In this document: piece by piece, positions 50,071 through 59,886 of the stretch
How positions within the stretch are numbered: position 1 is the stretch's first letter
Layout: every line of letters starts with the position of its first letter
Assembly (NCBI GenBank): GCA_965218425.1
Contig: OZ244621.1
Location: 3,360,001-3,424,000 of the forward strand
DNA: 64,000 bases
Reading direction: 5' to 3'
Origin: an uncultured Candidatus Binatia bacterium
GTDB taxonomy: Bacteria; Desulfobacterota; Binatia; UBA9968; CAXXLF01
The notes under the pieces: generated by a model
Told to the model about the DNA's origin: nothing
Database searches by the model: none
Seen by the model: the letters and a program-made list of their open reading frames with translations, nothing else
Made by a program: the position numbers and the translations under genes

Positions 50071-51222
50071 ATGACGTGGCGTTATGAAAGCCTGTCACCT
50101 GAAGACCAGAAACGACTTCATGCATTGAAGTCACGGGTTAAGAGCGAAGCAGACCGGTTTCTGGGATACCCGTGTACCTGTAAGTTTGATTACACCCCGC
50201 TTTTTGAATTTTTAAATTTCCCGATGAACAACGTCGGCGATCCTTTCGTCCCTACGTTGTTTCATCTGAACACTCATGATTTCGAACGCGAGGTGATCGG
50301 TACATTCCGCGAATGGACAAACGCGCCCGAAGATTCCATTTGGGGTTATGTTACGAACGGCGGCACCGAAGGTAATATGTACGGCATTTTTCTCGCAAGG
50401 GAGCTCTACCCGGAAGGCATGGTCTATTATTCGGAGGACACCCATTACAGCGTAAGCAAAAGCCTGAGGCTCTTGCATGTGCGCAATATCATGATCAAGA
50501 GCCAGCTCAATGGAGAACTCGACTACGACGACCTGCGCGAGACCATTCGTATTCACCGTGATGTCACGCCGATTGTCTTTGCCAATATCGGTACCACGAT
50601 GAAGGGGGCGGTGGATAATCTGGTGAGGATCAAGGAAATCATGCATGAACTCGCCATACCCAATTTTTATATTCATGCAGATGCCGCGTTGAGCGGAATG
50701 ATACTGCCTTTCGTAGATGATCCGCAGCCCTTTGATTTCCAGGCAGGCATAGACAGTATCTCCATAAGTGGGCATAAAATGATTGGCTCACCCATCCCCT
50801 GCGGGGTATTACTCGCTCGAAAAAGCAACGTTGACCGGATTGCCCGGTCCATTGAGTATGTAGGGACCCTTGATACCACCTTGGCGGGATCGCGCAATGC
50901 GATCACGCCGCTTTTTATCTGGTATGCGCTTAAAACAGTAAAGTATGAAGGCTTCCGGAAGATCATTGCGAATTGTTTAAAAACAGCAGAATATGCCATT
51001 AATCGATTTGCGGACCAGGGAATCAAGGCCTGGCGGAACAAGAACTCCGTGACCATAGTCTTTCCACGGCCCACCTGCGAAATCGCTTCAAAGTGGCAAC
51101 TTGCCGTGCAAGACGATATCGCGCATATTATCACCATGCCCCATGTGGAGAAACGTCAGATTGATGCTTTGTTGCGAGACTTAAATAAGCAGCGGTTGCA
51201 CGATGGGAGTGTGAGCGCATAA
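50071..51222 (+). CDS. hdc: PLP-dependent histidine decarboxylase family (group II)
   Basis: LGYP, NNVGDP, GYVTNGGTEGN, HADAALSG, SGHKMIGSPIPCG, GSRN; substrate not proven. Confidence 0.85.
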   Translation: MTWRYESLSPEDQKRLHALKSRVKSEADRFLGYPCTCKFDYTPLFEFLNFPMNNVGDPFVPTLFHLNTHDFEREVIGTFREWTNAPEDSIWGYVTNGGTEGNMYGIFLARELYPEGMVYYSEDTHYSVSKSLRLLHVRNIMIKSQLNGELDYDDLRETIRIHRDVTPIVFANIGTTMKGAVDNLVRIKEIMHELAIPNFYIHADAALSGMILPFVDDPQPFDFQAGIDSISISGHKMIGSPIPCGVLLARKSNVDRIARSIEYVGTLDTTLAGSRNAITPLFIWYALKTVKYEGFRKIIANCLKTAEYAINRFADQGIKAWRNKNSVTIVFPRPTCEIASKWQLAVQDDIAHIITMPHVEKRQIDALLRDLNKQRLHDGSVSA

Positions 51223-51618
51223 ATGAGGCAGATCACCATCATTGCTGAAAACCGTGTTGGATTGTTAGCCGAGATATCCCAGGCCTTGGCCGCGCGGAAT
51301 ATTAATATTGAAACCCTTGATGCCGAAGGTATCGAAAATCACGGCATTCTAATCTTGACCGTGGACAAGTACGACGAGGCCCTCCAGGTAATTAACTCAA
51401 TTCCGCGTATACGAGCGATCACTGAGGATGCCATTCTTATACGTTTGTCGGACAAGCCGGGAGCCCTCGCAGAAATTGCAAAGCGATTTAAGGACTCCAA
51501 CATAAATCTCCGCAGTATCCGGATTCTACGTCGTGACAACGATCAGAGCCTCGTAGCCATTAGCGCCGAACGAACCAAGGACGCCATCGAGTTAGTCAAA
51601 GACGTGCTTATTTCTTAG
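51223..51618 (+). CDS. Tandem ACT-domain protein
   Basis: ENRVGLLAEI...NINI and DKPGALAEI...NINL; starts immediately after the hdc stop. Confidence 0.9.
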   Translation: MRQITIIAENRVGLLAEISQALAARNINIETLDAEGIENHGILILTVDKYDEALQVINSIPRIRAITEDAILIRLSDKPGALAEIAKRFKDSNINLRSIRILRRDNDQSLVAISAERTKDAIELVKDVLIS

Positions 51619-51841
51619 AAAAAAAGTCCCTTCCGATTAATCTAAGTTATTCTGTTTCTAAGCTAAGGGGAATACCGGGGTAGCGCAGGAGCTGATAGGT
51701 GCTCTATTCCTTCTGCGTTCGATCATAGGACGCCGTTTGAGTTGGCGGAAAGCAACGAACTGGTCCCAAGGAGAAGTGGCGTTAGATAAGATTGTTTCCG
51801 AACCGGGGTCAGTAAGGAAGGTGGCTGGGGCAATAGCAAAA

Positions 51842-52498
51842 TTAGCCTTTCGGCTGGGCCATGACCCGGGTTGGGGCGCCGTCCGCCCCACGGATCTTTA
51901 TGGGAAAACAGAAGGCTTCCAGGCTCCTCCCGGCGACTTCTTCCAGATAGACATTCTCAAGGATCAGGACGTCATTGCCGAGCAGCGTTGTGTGAGCCGG
52001 ACAGGTAAAGCCTTTTTTTCTTAACTGTGGTGGTAGGTCCACGGTGATAAAGTCCACACCGACCAATTTCGCTCCGCTATCCACCAACCACTTGGCGCTT
52101 TCCCCCGAGAGATAGGGGTGATTGTGATAGTCCTCTTGTTGGAATTTGGCCCCCCATCCCGTGCGTAAAAACACGATATCGCCGCGCTGGACCTTTGGCG
52201 TTGCCTTTTCGAGGTCCTGAACCGTGATCTCCGCACAAGGAGGCTTGGGAAGATCGAGGACCACTGCGGGACCGGCCGTCTGTTCGGGTGAAATCTGATC
52301 GACGGACTTGCCTCCTCGTATAAAGTGGTTGGGGGCATCCATATGGGTTCCAAAATGGGTGAGGAATGTATACCGGGTGATCTGAAAGAGGTGATCCTCC
52401 AGGGTGTAAACAGGTTCGATCTTGGGTGGCCCGAGCAGCTTGTTATAGGGCATGCCTTCAAAGAAATCGTGAGAAAGATCCAGCCATTTAGATGTCAT
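51842..52498 (-). CDS. Cyclase family (KynB-like) metal-dependent hydrolase
   Basis: HFGTHMDAPNH, RTGW, GVD, ILEN, GADGAPTR. Confidence 0.92.
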   Translation of the reverse strand: MTSKWLDLSHDFFEGMPYNKLLGPPKIEPVYTLEDHLFQITRYTFLTHFGTHMDAPNHFIRGGKSVDQISPEQTAGPAVVLDLPKPPCAEITVQDLEKATPKVQRGDIVFLRTGWGAKFQQEDYHNHPYLSGESAKWLVDSGAKLVGVDFITVDLPPQLRKKGFTCPAHTTLLGNDVLILENVYLEEVAGRSLEAFCFPIKIRGADGAPTRVMAQPKG

Positions 52499-52515
52499 AA
52501 TCCATCCTCTAACCT

Positions 52516-53478
52516 CTATTGAAATCGAGGCAGTATCTCCTCCGTGCAGACTCGTAGTTGTCGCAGCTGGTCCTTGGCGGCGAGTCGCAGGATGAAGGTC
52601 GTTACTCCAGCGTCCGCATATCCCTTGATACATTTGACCACCTCATCGCTGCTGCCGCATTTTACCACCAACTCCTTGGAAATGACCTCGATGGGTTTAT
52701 GATAATAAGCGGTGAGAAACTCTTCCCCTTCTTTTTCCGCCCTGGGACCATCTGGACTCACATTGATGGTCAAATAGAGGCAACATTCGATCTGATTTGG
52801 ATCCCTTTTGATTTCCGCTGAGTGTTGCTGCACCTTTTCCCAGGATTCCTTGAATACCGGGAGGGAGGGAATGTTGGTGATCCATGCGTCTCCCAGAGTT
52901 GCTACCCTCTTGAGTCCTCTGTCCACATCGTTGCTGGAGATCCAGATGGGAACGCCAGGCTTTTGGACGGGTTTGGGGAGTAGCGATAGGTTGTTGATGG
53001 TGTAGTACTTGTTAAGAATCGTTACATCATCCTCGGCCCAGAGTTTCTTCATTATTCTCAGAACTTCCTCGAGTCTCCCCGCCTTCTGGTGAAATGGAAC
53101 ACCGCATGCGGTGAATTCCTCTTCGAATACCTTATCCATTCGGGATACACCGACTCCGAGGATCAGCCTTCCGGACGCCAAAATATCAACCGTGGCCACG
53201 CTCTGAGCTAACAGAACAGGGTTCCTCAAGGCCGCTATTACAACTGAAGTACCGAGCTTGATGGATTTTGTTTTTACCGCCAGCGCCGACAGGGTGGAGA
53301 ATACTTCAAGACGCGGTTTGGCGGTAACGCTGTCGCCAACCCAGAGGGAATGGTATCCTGACTCCTCTACCGCCTCAGCCATGTCGAAGATGGGACCGAG
53401 GTCCGGTTTGTCCTTTTGCGCAAGGATAACGCCTCTGGTTGGAAGCAGGATGCCAAATTTCAAATTATTCGTTGCCAT
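52516..53478 (-). CDS. LLM-class flavin/F420-dependent oxidoreductase
   Basis: WVGDS, KLGTSV, RNPV, GRLILGVG, PKPVQ. Confidence 0.92.
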   Translation of the reverse strand: MATNNLKFGILLPTRGVILAQKDKPDLGPIFDMAEAVEESGYHSLWVGDSVTAKPRLEVFSTLSALAVKTKSIKLGTSVVIAALRNPVLLAQSVATVDILASGRLILGVGVSRMDKVFEEEFTACGVPFHQKAGRLEEVLRIMKKLWAEDDVTILNKYYTINNLSLLPKPVQKPGVPIWISSNDVDRGLKRVATLGDAWITNIPSLPVFKESWEKVQQHSAEIKRDPNQIECCLYLTINVSPDGPRAEKEGEEFLTAYYHKPIEVISKELVVKCGSSDEVVKCIKGYADAGVTTFILRLAAKDQLRQLRVCTEEILPRFQ

Positions 53479-53546
53479 GATCTCTCCTTTGCAGAGTGAG
53501 GCACCCTCTTCCGATATCAGTCTGTGTATTTTGACCCCTTTTAGGG

Positions 53547-53581
53547 CCATTTGGGGCACCAAATGGTCACCGAGTGACCAT
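53547..53581. repeat. Two overlapping inverted repeats at an island edge
   Basis: CCATTTGG-N4-CCAAATGG and ATGGTCAC-N3-GTGACCAT. Confidence 0.7.
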
Positions 53582-53799
53582 CGGTTTTGGTTTCCGAATG
53601 GTAGTGCGCATGGATCGTAAAAGCAACTGGAAAATTCGTGTCGGGGATTGTTGGTTCTGATGCTGTGATCAAAAATTATCTGGGAAATGTCAGTGATGCA
53701 GAAATAAAAAAGCGCGTTGTTACAACGCTCACCGCAAATGTTTAGTGAAGGGTTTTAGTGGCAGTTTTAACGCTATTGCATCGTGCTAATCATTTAATT

Positions 53800-54065
53800 T
53801 TATAAAGACTCCGGAGTTCGACCCTCGGGAAGCGGAGCATTAAAGAAGGAGTCCCTACATAGGACGCCAACATCGATATCGCTATCTGCGCGGACATTGG
53901 TGTTATTCCGGTAGGATCCTTGGGCAAAGACTGAGATGGATCGGCCTTGAAGCTTACTGCTTGCGCGAATAACGTTTCGAATACTGGAAACGGCATTGTC
54001 ACACCGGTCCTGTTCTGTCATACCTGGGGCTTCGCCCAAGTTCTAAACTGGTCTTCCCAATCCAT
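53800..54065 (-). pseudogene. CBASS cGAS/DncV-like nucleotidyltransferase (CdnE-like), N-terminal fragment
   Basis: MDWEDQFRTWAKP / frameshift / TEQDRCDNAV...VFAQGSYRNNTNVRADSDIDV; truncated at about 88 codons. Confidence 0.85.
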
Positions 54066-54194
54066 ATGGGATTATTTAATACCCAAATGAGTTTTTAGTA
54101 AAGGAAGAGCTCTCATCAAGAAGTGTGGAAATAGGAGACAGGTAGGCGTACCCATTGGTAAATTCCAAACGAAAAGCTGCCTGGAGCAACAGGC

Positions 54195-55097
54195 AGAGAA
54201 AGGATACGCCGGTGATAGGAAAGCACAGCGGGCTGGTAGAGTCAAAGGGAGTTTTTTACGAATGCATGGAGGCATTTGCCCGGGAGAAGATTGGGGAGAA
54301 AGGGTACAGGATGTGGTGGAGCAGGAAGGAGTGGAGCGGTTGGGGAGGAACAAGAGCGAGGGGAAAGCAAGTGAAGTGGGACAGCCTGGGAATCGCAACG
54401 GCTACGGTAAGCCGCGCCGGTTCACGTTGAGCATGGGGAGCGTAGAGGTAAGAGGGGCTGGGGTAAGGAATGTGCAGGAGAGATTTAGCTTCCAGGTATT
54501 GCCGTTATTTAAGCGGCAGAGCCGCCAGGTCAGGGAGTTATTGCCGGAGCTTTATTGGCACGGTGTGGGCAGTGGGGATTTTGAGCTGGGGCTGAGGGGG
54601 CTAGTGGGAGCAGGGGCACCGCTATCGGCGTTTTGGCTTTTACGGTTCAAGGAGAAGTGGGAGGCGGACTACGAGCAGTGGGAGGCACAGGGTATGGAGG
54701 AAGAGGAGGCAGCATATCTTTGGGCAGATGGGATTGATGTAAAGGCTGGGATAGGCAAGGAGAAGGCGGCGCTAGTATTGGTAGTGATGGGGGCGATGAG
54801 GGATGGGAGCAAGAGGTTGTTAGCATTGGGAGTGGGCTAGCGGGAGAGCAAGCAATGAGTCGCCCTTCTCGAGGGTGAGGCTGAGAACAGCTGCCTCCAG
54901 ACGGTTTAAATCTCAGGTCAATGCCGCCTGTTTGATCTGGAAGACAATGATGATTGCGGAAATGAGTTTTAGGAAGCTGGACGCACCGCACTGGGTGGAG
55001 AAGGTAGCTGAAGGAAGAAAATACAGAGACGGGATTGAAATCGAAAAAACCAGGGTCGCCGCCTAGATCTTTTACCCACTATTTGATAATAGATCGC
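54195..55097 (+). mobile_element. IS256-family element, decayed and internally deleted
   Basis: RNGYGKPR, VLPLFKR, LPELY.HG..GDF, YLWADG, VRLRTAA..RFK; right end TTTTACCCACTATTTGATAATAGATC; left end uncertain. Confidence 0.85.
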
Positions 55098-55455
55098 GTA
55101 CTTTACTTGAGCTCCTTGGCAAAGTACGCTGCGGCCTTTTTTAATATATCTCACTGTTGCGTTACCCGCTCCAACTCCCGCCTCAACCGCGCTAGTTCAT
55201 CGTTGTTTTCCCCTCGGCCCCGGCCCGGAAAGGCCCCCAACCCTTTGTTTTTCACTTGCTCCTGCCACTTGTACAACCGGTTGCGCGGTACTCTTAGTTC
55301 CCGCGCGATTTCCGCCGCCGGCCGCGCCCCAGCCTCTAAAAGCCGCACAGCCTCCAACTTAAACTCCTGGGTGAATCGCCTTTGCTTGCCCATCGAACAC
55401 CTCCTTCGGGGATCTTGTCCCCTTTTTGGGTGTCCGTCCAACCCGGGCTACCTCA
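55098..55455 (-). mobile_element. IS3-family left-end stub (IRL plus orfA with an in-frame stop)
   Basis: TGAGGTAGCCC...GGACAC IR; RRFTQEFKLEAVRL...*DILKKAAAYFAK; orfB cut after a few codons. Confidence 0.85.
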
Positions 55456-55634
55456 TTATCGCTTTGCACTAACACTGACTTTTCTTCTCTTGCCATGGCG
55501 GATGGATTCAAATAGGATTACGCCGATTCGATTTAGTCACCGAGAACAAACGATGGTTATCTACCGAGCAGCGCAAGTGCGAGGCGGGGAAGCATAGCAA
55601 ATTTCACGGCGTTACTTTTGAATGGGAAGATACG

Positions 55635-56648
55635 GTGCAGTTCTATATCAATTTACTATCCACCCATTTCCCGGATATTGATCCAACCTATGACGTCTAT
55701 TACCAGCAAGTGCTCGAGCAGGTGGAATTGGCGGAGGAGTTGGGATGGGAATGTTTCATGTTCAATGAGCACCATTTCTTGCGCTACGGTGGACTCATCG
55801 CGGATCCGGCGGTTTTCCTGGTGGCGGCAGCAGGGCGTACTTCGCGCATTCGCCTGGGACCGTGCGTATCAATTGTAACCTTGCGTCATCCACTTCAGAT
55901 TGCCGAGCAATACGCCATGGTGGACGTGATCTCAGGCGGCAGGTTGGAATTTGGCATGGGTTCAGGAAACACCGATTTGGACCATCGGGTATTTGGTATA
56001 CCGCGAGAGGAAAGCCGTTCCCGGTTAAACGAGGCGTCCAAAGTTATATTGAAGGCCTGGACCAGTGAGAGTTTCAGCCATGAGGGACAATTTTGGAACT
56101 TCGAAGAGATTACCCTGTATCCGAGGCCAGTACAGCAACCGCACCCCCCCATCTGGGTTGCAGGGACATCGCCGGCCACGTTGGGTTGGGCGGGGAGTCA
56201 AGGCTATCACATTATGACCGTGGCCCATCCGCACCCTCCGGATTCTGTGGGCAGAGGAGTGGAGGCCTGGCGTGGCGGGTTGATTGCCGGCGGGTACGAT
56301 CCTGCATCGCGTCATTGCCAGTTGCACCTCCGGGTCTATGTGGACCATGACGCCGAACGGGCGCAAAATATTGCAACAGCCGCAATTACTCGCTACGACG
56401 ACGTGTCACGGATTGGACGGAAAGCACCTCTACCGCCTGGTAGTGTTTACCCCTGGGAAGAGATGCTGGCCACCGGTCGGAACTGCTATGGCCATCCGGA
56501 ACAGTGCGTCCAGATAATCAACAACACAATGCGGAACTATACTTTTGACACGTTGACGACGACATTTAATTTTGGTGGGATCCCCCATGCCGACATCCTG
56601 AGATCCATGGCTCTGTTTGCTAAAGAAGTGATGCCGGCATTTCGGTAG
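55635..56648 (+). CDS. LLM-class flavin-dependent oxidoreductase
   Basis: AEELGW..NEHHF, RIRLG, HPLQIAE, GRLEFGMG, PRPVQQPHPP. Confidence 0.92.
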   Translation: MQFYINLLSTHFPDIDPTYDVYYQQVLEQVELAEELGWECFMFNEHHFLRYGGLIADPAVFLVAAAGRTSRIRLGPCVSIVTLRHPLQIAEQYAMVDVISGGRLEFGMGSGNTDLDHRVFGIPREESRSRLNEASKVILKAWTSESFSHEGQFWNFEEITLYPRPVQQPHPPIWVAGTSPATLGWAGSQGYHIMTVAHPHPPDSVGRGVEAWRGGLIAGGYDPASRHCQLHLRVYVDHDAERAQNIATAAITRYDDVSRIGRKAPLPPGSVYPWEEMLATGRNCYGHPEQCVQIINNTMRNYTFDTLTTTFNFGGIPHADILRSMALFAKEVMPAFR

Positions 56649-56698
56649 CCGCGATTTACCATGTCTCAAAACCGCTACAGGAAAAGGAGAAGTTGCTT

Positions 56699-57418
56699 AT
56701 GTCACAAGTAGTCATCGTCACAGGGGGTGCTGGTGGAATTGGTTCTTCTATTTGCGGGGGGCTCGTGAGTGACGGCCACAAGGTGGTCGTCGCGGATTTT
56801 GACGGAGGGGCGGCAGAGAGTCTCGCCAAGAAACTGGGAAGCGGGTCATTGGCGGTTCAGGTGGATGTCAGTGACAAGAAGAGTGTCGAGGGAATGGTTC
56901 ATGGGACGCTAAATCAATTTGGCAATGTCGATGTCATTCTCAATGGGGCGGGGATCATGCCGCGCCACCAGGTGAAAGACATAACGGTGGACGAGTGGGA
57001 CCGGGTGTTGGGGGTGAACCTCAGGGGGGTATTTCTCTGCTCCCAAGCCGTGGCTCAACATATGATTGAAAAGAAACAGGGGCGTATCATCAGCATTGCC
57101 TCTGGTCGAGGGGTGTCAGGAGCACCCGGTGCATCTCACTACGCTGCTTCGAAGGGGGGTGTCATTGCCTTTACAAAGTCACTGGCGGAGGAGCTCGCCC
57201 CCCATGGTGTCCTGGTTAACGCCCTTGCACCCGGCAGGACGGATACCCCCATGTCACGAGCCGGGGCCTCTGAAGAGGAACGAGTGAAGCGATTGGCAGT
57301 TTCACCACTTCAGGGCGGTTTTACTCCTATCGAAGAGATCGTGGGGCTTTTCCGGTATTTGATCTCCGATGCCACAAAGAACGTGACCGGGCAGGTGTTT
57401 TTTCTCAAGACTCCTTGA
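56699..57418 (+). CDS. SDR family oxidoreductase
   Basis: TGGAGGIG, YAASK. Confidence 0.92.
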   Translation: MSQVVIVTGGAGGIGSSICGGLVSDGHKVVVADFDGGAAESLAKKLGSGSLAVQVDVSDKKSVEGMVHGTLNQFGNVDVILNGAGIMPRHQVKDITVDEWDRVLGVNLRGVFLCSQAVAQHMIEKKQGRIISIASGRGVSGAPGASHYAASKGGVIAFTKSLAEELAPHGVLVNALAPGRTDTPMSRAGASEEERVKRLAVSPLQGGFTPIEEIVGLFRYLISDATKNVTGQVFFLKTP

Positions 57419-57493
57419 TCTTCCATGGAGTTTACCCTATAGGTCTCTGTCACCATCGGAGTTTCGACGGATGAGGTAGGTTGGAAGACGATC

Positions 57494-58669
57494 ATGAGTG
57501 GTGCACTGGACGGAATCCGAGTCATTGAACTAGCGAGCTATGTGTCGGGGCCCTTTGCTTCAGTGCTCCTGGCGGACCTTGGCGCCGAGGTGATCAAGGT
57601 GGAGTCGCCGGGAGAGGGAGATCCCTTCCGGGGGTGGGGCGAGAACAAGTATGGCTCAAACTTCCGTAGCCTCAACCGGAACAAGAAGAGCATTACCCTG
57701 GACATCCGAAGGGAGGAAGGAAGAGAGATCTTTTTGAAGATCGCCGCCGGCAGCGACATTCTGGTGGAAAACCTGCGGCCAGGGGCTATGAGGCGGAGGG
57801 GATTCGACTACGAGAGTGTCCGTAGGTTAAACCCGAAGATTATCTATTGCTCTATTTCCGGCTACGGGCAGGAAGGGCCGTACCGCGAGCGGCCGGGGTT
57901 CGACACGGTGGGACAGGGAATGAGCGGGCTGCTGAGTCTTCTCACTGATCCAGACAAGCCCCAGGGGGTAGGTATCTCCCTGTCGGATCACCTTTCGGGG
58001 ATTTATGCCTCATACGGAATATTAGGTGCCCTGGTTAACCGCGTGGCTACCGGGGAAGGGCAGTGGGTTGAGACTTCCCTTCTACGAGCTTCTGTTTCTT
58101 TTCTAAGTGAGAATGCGGTGCGTTATTTTGAAACCGGAGTGGTCCCGCGCCGAGCCTACAGGACCCATACGGCGGGTGTTTTCGCCTTTGTGGATAAAGA
58201 AGAAAAGCCCTTTGTGATCCACCTTTCATCGCCGCGAAAGTTTTTTATTGGGTTGGCGGAGATCGTGGGTAAACCCGAGTTGGCCGACGACCCGCGTTTC
58301 CTTGACCGAAAGGGTGTGGTTGCAAACCATGATGAGCTGGAAGGGATACTGCAAAGTGTTTTCCGGGGAGGGCTGAGGGAACAATGGCTCAAACTTCTCC
58401 AGGAACGGGACGTGCCGTGTGCTCCGCTAAACACCATGGAGGAAGTGTTTCAAGATCCACAGGTGAAACAGTATGGCTTTCCTGTGGAGGTTGAGCATCC
58501 GAAAATGGGAAAGATGCGGCTGGTGGGAAGTGGCGTCAATCTCAGTGCAACCCCGGCGGCGGTTAAGATAGCGCCCCCGACTCTGGGGGAACACACAGAA
58601 GAGATCCTGCGGGATCTCTCTTACGATGAACCGGCCATCCATAAACTAAGGAATGACGGTGTAATCTAG
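57494..58669 (+). CDS. CaiB/BaiF family III CoA-transferase
   Basis: LADLGAEVIKVE, NRNKKS, ENLRPG, SGYGQEGPY..RPGFD, PTLGEHT. Confidence 0.94.
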   Translation: MSGALDGIRVIELASYVSGPFASVLLADLGAEVIKVESPGEGDPFRGWGENKYGSNFRSLNRNKKSITLDIRREEGREIFLKIAAGSDILVENLRPGAMRRRGFDYESVRRLNPKIIYCSISGYGQEGPYRERPGFDTVGQGMSGLLSLLTDPDKPQGVGISLSDHLSGIYASYGILGALVNRVATGEGQWVETSLLRASVSFLSENAVRYFETGVVPRRAYRTHTAGVFAFVDKEEKPFVIHLSSPRKFFIGLAEIVGKPELADDPRFLDRKGVVANHDELEGILQSVFRGGLREQWLKLLQERDVPCAPLNTMEEVFQDPQVKQYGFPVEVEHPKMGKMRLVGSGVNLSATPAAVKIAPPTLGEHTEEILRDLSYDEPAIHKLRNDGVI

Positions 58670-58694
58670 TGAGTAAAACCATCAAGGTAGGTTC

Positions 58695-59885
58695 ATGAGT
58701 ATAAAAGGTAAAGCAGCGATTGTAGGAATCGGAGAGACCCCTGTTGACCGGTTAGGACGGAAAACGGGCGAGCCGCGTACCACGATGTCGCAGTTTCTAT
58801 CCGGGGCAGCCCGTTTGGCATTGGAGGATGCGGGCCTGACCAAGAAGGATCTGGACGGGCAAGGCATGGCGGCGATTTACACCACCAATTATGCTCAGCC
58901 ATTTTGGCCCGACGAAGCCGCGGAGATCCTTGGAATTTCGCCCGGGCTTCTCCTGGGGGGAGGCAACGGCGGTGCCAGCGCGGTTTCCCTTATCGGCCAG
59001 GCGGCAGCGGCCATCGATGCCGGGCTGGTTGATCTGGTTCTATGCGTCGCAGCCTCGGCGCCATTTGTGGAGTCCCATGGGGGAATTCAAGCCGAGGATA
59101 CCAGGGATTTTGAAATCCCATACGGGATGATGGGTCCCAACAGCAAAATCGCCCTGGTCATGAGACGCCATATGCATGAGTACGGCACCACCTTGGATCA
59201 TTTAGGTAAAATAGCTGTGACTTCAAGGTATCATGCCTCCTTGAATCCGCGTGCCTATTTGAAAAAGCCCATGTCGTTGGATGAGTACAAAAACTCCCGA
59301 CTCATCGCCGATCCCATTCGGCTGCTGGACTGTGTGATGCCCGCCAATGGAGGTAAAGCCTACATTGTTGCGTCCCCCGAAAGGGCAAAGCAATTGGCGA
59401 AGCCGCCAGTCTTCGTGTTGGGATTCGGCGAGAAGAACAATCCGAGCTATGGACCCAGGGCCCAATCGGATCCGCTGATCATGGGGATCAAAGATTCAGG
59501 CGAAACTGCTTTCAAGATGGCCGGGGTGACCCGCAAAGATGTGGACTTTTTAGGGATGTATGACGACTATATCATCATTGTACTGATGCAAATCGAGGAC
59601 CTGGGCTTCTGCCAAAAAGGAGACACGAAGTTCTTTGACAGCACTGATTTTACTTTTCAAGGGGATCTCCCCATTCAAACCAGTGGAGGACTTATTAACT
59701 GCGGGCAACCATCCACCGCAGGTGGCATGGTGCACGTTGTTGAGGCCGTGCGGCAGCTTAGGGGAGAAGCGGGACAGCGGCAAGTGAAGGATGCCAAAAT
59801 CGGTCTGGTGACTGGCCTCGGCGGTGTCGCCTACGGAAAGAACTTAAGCTGTACGACCGTGGCGCTATTGGGGAAGGAGTCTTGA
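58695..59885 (+). CDS. Thiolase-fold protein (SCP-x/Ltp2-like, no catalytic Cys)
   Basis: AIVGIGET, RLLDC, YDDY, TSGG, EAVRQLRGEAG.RQV. Confidence 0.88.
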   Translation: MSIKGKAAIVGIGETPVDRLGRKTGEPRTTMSQFLSGAARLALEDAGLTKKDLDGQGMAAIYTTNYAQPFWPDEAAEILGISPGLLLGGGNGGASAVSLIGQAAAAIDAGLVDLVLCVAASAPFVESHGGIQAEDTRDFEIPYGMMGPNSKIALVMRRHMHEYGTTLDHLGKIAVTSRYHASLNPRAYLKKPMSLDEYKNSRLIADPIRLLDCVMPANGGKAYIVASPERAKQLAKPPVFVLGFGEKNNPSYGPRAQSDPLIMGIKDSGETAFKMAGVTRKDVDFLGMYDDYIIIVLMQIEDLGFCQKGDTKFFDSTDFTFQGDLPIQTSGGLINCGQPSTAGGMVHVVEAVRQLRGEAGQRQVKDAKIGLVTGLGGVAYGKNLSCTTVALLGKES

Positions 59886-59886
59886 G

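Noticed and set aside
53551..53561. GGGGCACCA as a tRNA 3' end
   Set aside because: No T-arm (GTTCRA) or cloverleaf upstream.
53620..53745. AT-rich + strand reading frame tail (GKFVSGIVGSDAVIKNYLG...)
   Set aside because: No start codon and no recognisable family.
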